A stretch of DNA of 32,000 nt from assembly GCF_000012465.1 (NCBI RefSeq), contig NC_007335.2:450001-482000 (forward strand). The letters run 5' to 3'. This DNA is from Prochlorococcus marinus str. NATL2A. GTDB taxonomy: Bacteria; Cyanobacteriota; Cyanobacteriia; PCC-6307; Cyanobiaceae. Of this stretch, positions 27,359 through 32,000 are shown in pieces (positions within the stretch are counted from its first letter, which is position 1; each line of letters begins with the position of its first letter). The position numbers were made by a program, and so were the translations under genes. The notes under the pieces are model-generated. The model ran no database searches. It had not been told where the DNA came from and saw only the letters and a program-made list of their open reading frames with translations.

Positions 27359-28167
27359 TCAATATCTGATGGAGGCCAGTTGATATCCACAACTACAGGT
27401 GCGTGATCACTAGGTTTCTCTCTAGATCTTTGTTCTTTGTCGATCCAACAACTATTGGCACAACTAAGAATATCTTCTGTTAGGTAAATATGATCGATCC
27501 TCCAACCCTTGTCTCTTTCCCAGGCTGAATGCCGATAATCCCACCAAGACCAATTTTTCTCTCCCGGCTCAAAAATCCTAAAAACATCTTCTAGTTCCCC
27601 TCCTAAAGCATCTTTGAGTAATTCCCTCTCTTTGGAAGAGGCCATGATTGACTCTTCATATCTACTTGGTGTATGGATATCTCTATCTTCAGGGGCAATA
27701 TTAAAGTCTCCTAGTAAACATATAGGTGTATTATTTTTATTGATTTCTCTTAGGTAAACCTGTAGGCATTTTAGCCATTTTTTTTTATAAATAAACTTAT
27801 CTGAATTTATAGATGATCCATTTGGAACATAAACATTTATGATTCTAATATCATTGATATCAGCGCTTATAATTCTTTTCTGCTCACTTAATATAGATAA
27901 ATCTTGATAGTCGTTGGTAACTTCATTAAACCCAATCTTTATATCATTAATTGGGAATCGACTTATTATTGCCACTCCATTATAAGACTTTTGGCCAGAG
28001 ATTGATACCTCATACCCAAGGTCTGAAAAAATTTCAATTGGAAAAAATTTATCTTCTGTTTTTGTCTCTTGTAAGCAAAGAATGTCAATCTTGTTAGTGA
28101 TGAGCCATTCTTTGACATGATCTATTCTTGAACGAATAGAATTCACATTCCAGGTTGCAACAAGCAA
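27340..28167 (-). CDS. xthA: Exodeoxyribonuclease III (AP endonuclease family 1)
   Basis: 275 aa with a TTG start. Signatures present: VATWNVNSIRSR, LCLQETK, GDFNIAPEDRD, WRIDHIYL and SDHAPVV. Confidence 0.9.
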   Translation of the reverse strand: MLVATWNVNSIRSRIDHVKEWLITNKIDILCLQETKTEDKFFPIEIFSDLGYEVSISGQKSYNGVAIISRFPINDIKIGFNEVTNDYQDLSILSEQKRIISADINDIRIINVYVPNGSSINSDKFIYKKKWLKCLQVYLREINKNNTPICLLGDFNIAPEDRDIHTPSRYEESIMASSKERELLKDALGGELEDVFRIFEPGEKNWSWWDYRHSAWERDKGWRIDHIYLTEDILSCANSCWIDKEQRSREKPSDHAPVVVDINWPPSDIENEFFF

Positions 28168-28225
28168 GACTTAAAAATTTTATTGCTTAAGTTATTATTA
28201 TGTAAATTTAGACGAAAGTTTAGTT

Positions 28226-28561
28226 TTGAAGCAAACTGCACGTTTTATTAATGGCCAATTATGGTTTGCTTTATCTTGCTTGGCACCAATTTTAATTACG
28301 GTAGGCCAAGTTTTTTCGCCTTCAAAAACAATAAGAATTTCGGAACTAAAAAATTATTCAACTGATGAGAAAAGAGATATTTACAGCACTTTTGATACAG
28401 AAGATCAAATTGATCAAGGTTTACCAATCGATCCATTTGATTTAATGAACCGTCTTAAGCAAGCAGGAGCTATGAATAATGCTACAACCCCATCAGATGC
28501 ACTCGATGCAGCTCTCAATGCATTTGATCAGTCAGAGGATGAGAATATCCCAAATGAATAA
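28226..28561 (+). CDS. Hypothetical protein, 111 aa (N-terminal hydrophobic segment, acidic C-terminal half)
   Basis: The TTG start is the only one available; there is no in-frame ATG until codon ~74. No family was recognised. Confidence 0.4.
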   Translation: MKQTARFINGQLWFALSCLAPILITVGQVFSPSKTIRISELKNYSTDEKRDIYSTFDTEDQIDQGLPIDPFDLMNRLKQAGAMNNATTPSDALDAALNAFDQSEDENIPNE

Positions 28562-28630
28562 AAACACAATAGTATCCTTAGGCTTTTGGTAAATTTAAAA
28601 TTGGTCCCTAATGGCCTCTTAATTAAATAG

Positions 28631-29278
28631 ATGCAGAACCATCCAATCCCCTCGGTCACTGATCCATTGCAATACCGAGCAATTGGATTAGTTAGAGGTA
28701 TTTACAAGCCTCAAGATGAAGACACCTTTACTCGTGGAGCTCTAATTGATTCAAAAGGTAATGAAATAGATTCAGTTGTCCTTGGAAGAGTCATAACCTT
28801 GATTAAAAATCACGTCCCTCTAGAAAAAACTCACCTCTGGGTCGTATATCCAAGATGTAGGAATAATCAAAATCTTCATTTGCAAATCACAGGTATTTGG
28901 GAACCAAGTACTTTAAAAAAAGATCTTCTTGATAGCGAGGGATTGAATGAAAATTCAGGTCTCAAGGGGGATTCTGATTCTTTATTGGAGGGTGATGATT
29001 ATTTTTCAATAAGAGGAGAATTAATTTTTACTAAGCCAGAGGAAAAGAATGTAGTTATTAAAATTCGTCAAAAGCCAAGAAATCAGCAAAAAAAAGCGTT
29101 ACCTTTCAAATTGAATCTTAAAGGTGAAGTACCTATTAATTATTTAAAACATTTTATTAGTCTAAATGTTCGTCGTATTGACTATCAACTTTTGATTGAG
29201 GATTTTCAAATAATAGGCCCTCTTTCTAAACAACAAATAAACAATAAAAGTAAAAAAATCTTAAAAAATAAAAATTAG
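28631..29278 (+). CDS. Hypothetical protein, 215 aa
   Basis: Clean ATG ORF. The N-terminal half (PLQYRAIGLVRGIYKP...THLWVVYPR) looks globular. The C-terminus is Lys/Asn-rich. No family was recognised. Confidence 0.55.
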   Translation: MQNHPIPSVTDPLQYRAIGLVRGIYKPQDEDTFTRGALIDSKGNEIDSVVLGRVITLIKNHVPLEKTHLWVVYPRCRNNQNLHLQITGIWEPSTLKKDLLDSEGLNENSGLKGDSDSLLEGDDYFSIRGELIFTKPEEKNVVIKIRQKPRNQQKKALPFKLNLKGEVPINYLKHFISLNVRRIDYQLLIEDFQIIGPLSKQQINNKSKKILKNKN

Positions 29279-29343
29279 TCTTATTTCGAGAATTATATAT
29301 AAATGCATTCCATCTATAAAACTAATTATATATTTACTAGTAA

Positions 29344-30567
29344 ATGAAATCTATTTTTATTGATTGTAGTCTTGGAATATCTGGAGATATGCTCGCATCA
29401 GCTTTATTCGATTTAGGTGTTCCACACTCTATTTTCTTGGATAACTTAGTAAGTTTAAATATAGATAAAAATTATAAACTAAAATTTGAAGCGGGAGATA
29501 GTGATGGCATAAAAGGCATTGTCTGTAAAAAAAACGAAATTCAATTTAAGGAATTATCTAGAAGTCTTAATGAGATAAAGAACTTACTTCTCGATTCAAG
29601 CTTGAATGATTATGTGAAGAAAAAGTCTATTAAGGTTTTTGAAATTCTTGCTGAAGCTGAAGCAGTTGTTCACGGGAATCAAATCTCAGATGTTCATTTT
29701 CATGAACTAGGTTCAATAGATTCCATCCTTGATATTGTTAATGTTTGCTCAGCGATAGACTTTTTAAAGCCATACAAAATTTATTTTTCAAATCCACCTT
29801 CTGGGAAAGGAATTGTATCCACTTCACATGGCCCTATGCCTGTTCCAGTGCCTACTGTTTTAGAGATAGCGAGGCAAAATGAAATCCCATTAATGGTGCT
29901 TGATGATAAATATTTTGGTGAAATAACAACTCCTACTGGCATCGCATTGATAGCAACTTTTATAGATAAGTTTGGCCAACCAAGTAATCTAAATATTCAA
30001 AATATTGGTATTGGCTTAGGAAGTAAAAATATATCTCGTCCTAACTTTTTACGTATTCTGCTAATAGATGAAAATGATTATTATATGGAAAATAATAAAC
30101 CCTCTAATGAAAATATAATTTCTCAGGAGGCTTGGATTGATGATTCTACTCCTGAAGATGTTGCTGTTTTAATCGATAGATTAAGGTCTGCAGGTGCCAT
30201 AGATGTTATTTGTTATTCGGTCGATATGAAAAAAAATAGAAAAGGTATATGTATACAAGCTATTGTCTACCCAAAGCATAAAAATTTACTGCGTGAAGTT
30301 TGGTTTAACTACAGTACAACAATTGGAATAAGAGAAAATAATATTAGCCGCTGGATACTTCCAAGAAGAATAGTGAGTCATAAAACTAAATTTGGGACAG
30401 TTAATGTTAAGCAAGTAATGAGACCAAATGGTCAGACTTCAATAAAAATAGAACATAAAGACTTGACTCGAATAACTTTAAATACAGGAATCCCAATAGA
30501 AGAAATACGTCAGAAATTAATCATAGAATTATCAGAATTTTATGAAATCGATGATTGGTCTTTTTGA
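29344..30567 (+). CDS. larC: LarC-family nickel insertion protein (DUF111; pyridinium-3,5-bisthiocarboxylate mononucleotide nickel chelatase-like)
   Basis: 407 aa. N-terminal IDCSLGISGDMLASALFDLGVP is the DUF111 signature. HFHELGSIDSILDIV and the C-terminal TTIGIRE...FGTVNVK region also fit. It is a single uninterrupted ORF. Confidence 0.85.
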   Translation: MKSIFIDCSLGISGDMLASALFDLGVPHSIFLDNLVSLNIDKNYKLKFEAGDSDGIKGIVCKKNEIQFKELSRSLNEIKNLLLDSSLNDYVKKKSIKVFEILAEAEAVVHGNQISDVHFHELGSIDSILDIVNVCSAIDFLKPYKIYFSNPPSGKGIVSTSHGPMPVPVPTVLEIARQNEIPLMVLDDKYFGEITTPTGIALIATFIDKFGQPSNLNIQNIGIGLGSKNISRPNFLRILLIDENDYYMENNKPSNENIISQEAWIDDSTPEDVAVLIDRLRSAGAIDVICYSVDMKKNRKGICIQAIVYPKHKNLLREVWFNYSTTIGIRENNISRWILPRRIVSHKTKFGTVNVKQVMRPNGQTSIKIEHKDLTRITLNTGIPIEEIRQKLIIELSEFYEIDDWSF

Positions 30568-31532
30568 TGATTAATTTTATCATGAATGAAATTATCAGAA
30601 GAAATTTTGTTTTTGGAATGATTTCTAAAATCAACATTAAATTTTTGATAACATTAATTTGTTTTGCATTTCTTGGGAATTCAATATATGGGAATTTTGA
30701 TTCATTATCTAATCAGACAATTACTAGTGAAGAAATATCATGGCTATTATGGGGGGTTATATTTAGTTTCTTTAGTATAATTATTAATGCTTATGCATGG
30801 AAGCTTTTAATAAATAACATTGGTTGTAGTATTAGTAATTTGAATATAATACAACTTTTCCTGGCTACAAATATATATAAATATTTGCCTGGTGGAATAT
30901 GGCATTTTGTTTCTAGATATAAGAACTTGCGGTTAGAACTTTCAAATGAAAAATCAATTGAATCTATTTTATTAGAGCCAATCTTAATGCTAGTTGCAGG
31001 CTTTATTTTTATACCTTTTAGAGGTTTCAATCTGCCCATTTATATACTTTGCTGGTCATCTACTTTACTCTTCTTGCCAACATTTAGACAGTCACTAATA
31101 AAGAAATTGAGGACAATGAAGGCAAGCATTTTTACTAATAATGTTAATATTAAAGACAGAGATTTAGCGAAAAATAGTCAAAATATTTCAACAAGTTTGT
31201 TTTACCCATATAAGCCACTATTTGTAGAGATTATATTTATTTTTTTCAGATTTATTGGTTTTTTATGTTGTGTAAATGCATTTTCTATTGGGTCATTAGT
31301 TTCACATGGTGAATTAATATCTTCCTTTTCCTTGGCTTGGATAATTGGTCTTGTAGTCCCTGCCGCACCGGGAGGGTTAGGTGTGTTTGAATCTGTGATT
31401 CTATTTAGTCTAAGTTCACATTTGCCAGAGGCACCTCTCTTGGCTTCATTGCTTTGCTATCGGCTAGTTTCAACAGTTTCTGATATATTGGCAGCTTTGA
31501 TTTATCCAGTTAAAAAACTATTTAAAGTTTAA
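30567..31532 (+). CDS. UPF0104 / lysylphosphatidylglycerol-synthase-TM-region (flippase-like) family membrane protein
   Basis: About 8 TM segments. KYLPGGIWHFVSR and C-terminal VPAAPGGLGVFESV are typical of the family. The track start is TTG 30555; I use ATG 30567, which overlaps the larC TGA by 1 nt (TGATG). Confidence 0.72.
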   Translation: MINFIMNEIIRRNFVFGMISKINIKFLITLICFAFLGNSIYGNFDSLSNQTITSEEISWLLWGVIFSFFSIIINAYAWKLLINNIGCSISNLNIIQLFLATNIYKYLPGGIWHFVSRYKNLRLELSNEKSIESILLEPILMLVAGFIFIPFRGFNLPIYILCWSSTLLFLPTFRQSLIKKLRTMKASIFTNNVNIKDRDLAKNSQNISTSLFYPYKPLFVEIIFIFFRFIGFLCCVNAFSIGSLVSHGELISSFSLAWIIGLVVPAAPGGLGVFESVILFSLSSHLPEAPLLASLLCYRLVSTVSDILAALIYPVKKLFKV

Positions 31533-31541
31533 ATATTCATT

Positions 31542-32000
31542 TTACTTATTTCTGTTATTTAAGCTTGGTATTAGGGCTAAAGAGGCTATTAATCCCAGGC
31601 ATATTATTATCAAAGAAGGTAAGATAGATTCTGCTAGTCTTTCATCTCCTGCATATTGGAATATTCTTACTGAAAGCGTATCAAAATCAAATGGTCTTAA
31701 TATAAAAGTTAGTGGTAATTCCTTTATTGTGTCTACAAAAACAAGAAGGATGCCTACCAGAATAGGTCCTTTGAGAAGTGGTAGATGTATTTTAAAAAGG
31801 ACCTCCGACCAGTTTTTCCCTAGATTTATGGCAGCATTATCTATATTTGGCGAGATCCTCTCAAAGCCAGCATCAAGACCACCTTTTGAAACAGCTAAGA
31901 ATCGAATGCTATAACCCCAGATTAGTAAGCTTAATATGTTGACTTGCAAGATACTTCCTTTAAAGGAAAGAAGAGAAAGGGCTAAAACAGATCCTGGAAT
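31542..32000 (-). CDS. ABC transporter permease, C-terminal part (FutB/HitB-like iron(III)-type); gene continues off the right edge
   Basis: It has an EAA-loop-like NAAINLGKNWSEVLFKIHLPLLKGP and the ELPLTFILRP motif typical of Fe3+/thiamine-type binding-protein-dependent permeases. The track M at 31949 is an internal TTG. The frame stays open to position 32000 (…IPGSVLALSLLSFKGSILQV…). Confidence 0.75.
   Translation of the reverse strand: MPGSVLALSLLSFKGSILQVNILSLLIWGYSIRFLAVSKGGLDAGFERISPNIDNAAINLGKNWSEVLFKIHLPLLKGPILVGILLVFVDTIKELPLTFILRPFDFDTLSVRIFQYAGDERLAESILPSLIIICLGLIASLALIPSLNNRNK

Overview
This 32 kb window looks like densely packed core chromosome of a low-GC marine picocyanobacterium, most likely a high-light-adapted Prochlorococcus. 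The supporting signs are AT-rich DNA, petC-petA, psaF-psaJ, an hli gene, hemL, and very short or overlapping intergenic regions. I call 42 protein-coding genes. Four of them are absent from the ORF track: a partial groEL at the left edge, a partial ABC permease at the right edge, psaJ (45 codons), and a 58-codon membrane ORF. I also call two tRNAs (Asp-GUC and Trp-CCA), three intrinsic-terminator hairpins and two short low-complexity repeats. Many genes need TTG or GTG starts (ispD, hemL, xthA, gltX, the DUF1643 gene, the RodZ-like gene), and I trimmed several track starts (lgt, petC, rplS, gltX, the UPF0104 gene). I saw no transposase, integrase, CRISPR array, rRNA, prophage or recognisable defence system. 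I cannot point to a convincing novel multi-gene system here. The best leads are listed below.
- A stand-alone larC is translationally coupled to a UPF0104 membrane protein.
- A Pta-regulatory-domain-only protein carrying a G11 tract sits next to a DprA-like Rossmann protein and YajQ.
- An NFACT/RqcH-type gene is coupled to a small membrane ORF.
- A roughly 49% GC, 62-codon ORF is sandwiched between two tRNAs.
- A CPA1 antiporter is compositionally atypical and overlaps gltX tail-to-tail by 45 nt.
- A perfect hairpin buries the tatC start codon.
All functional assignments come from my reading of the translated sequence against remembered family signatures. No searches were run.
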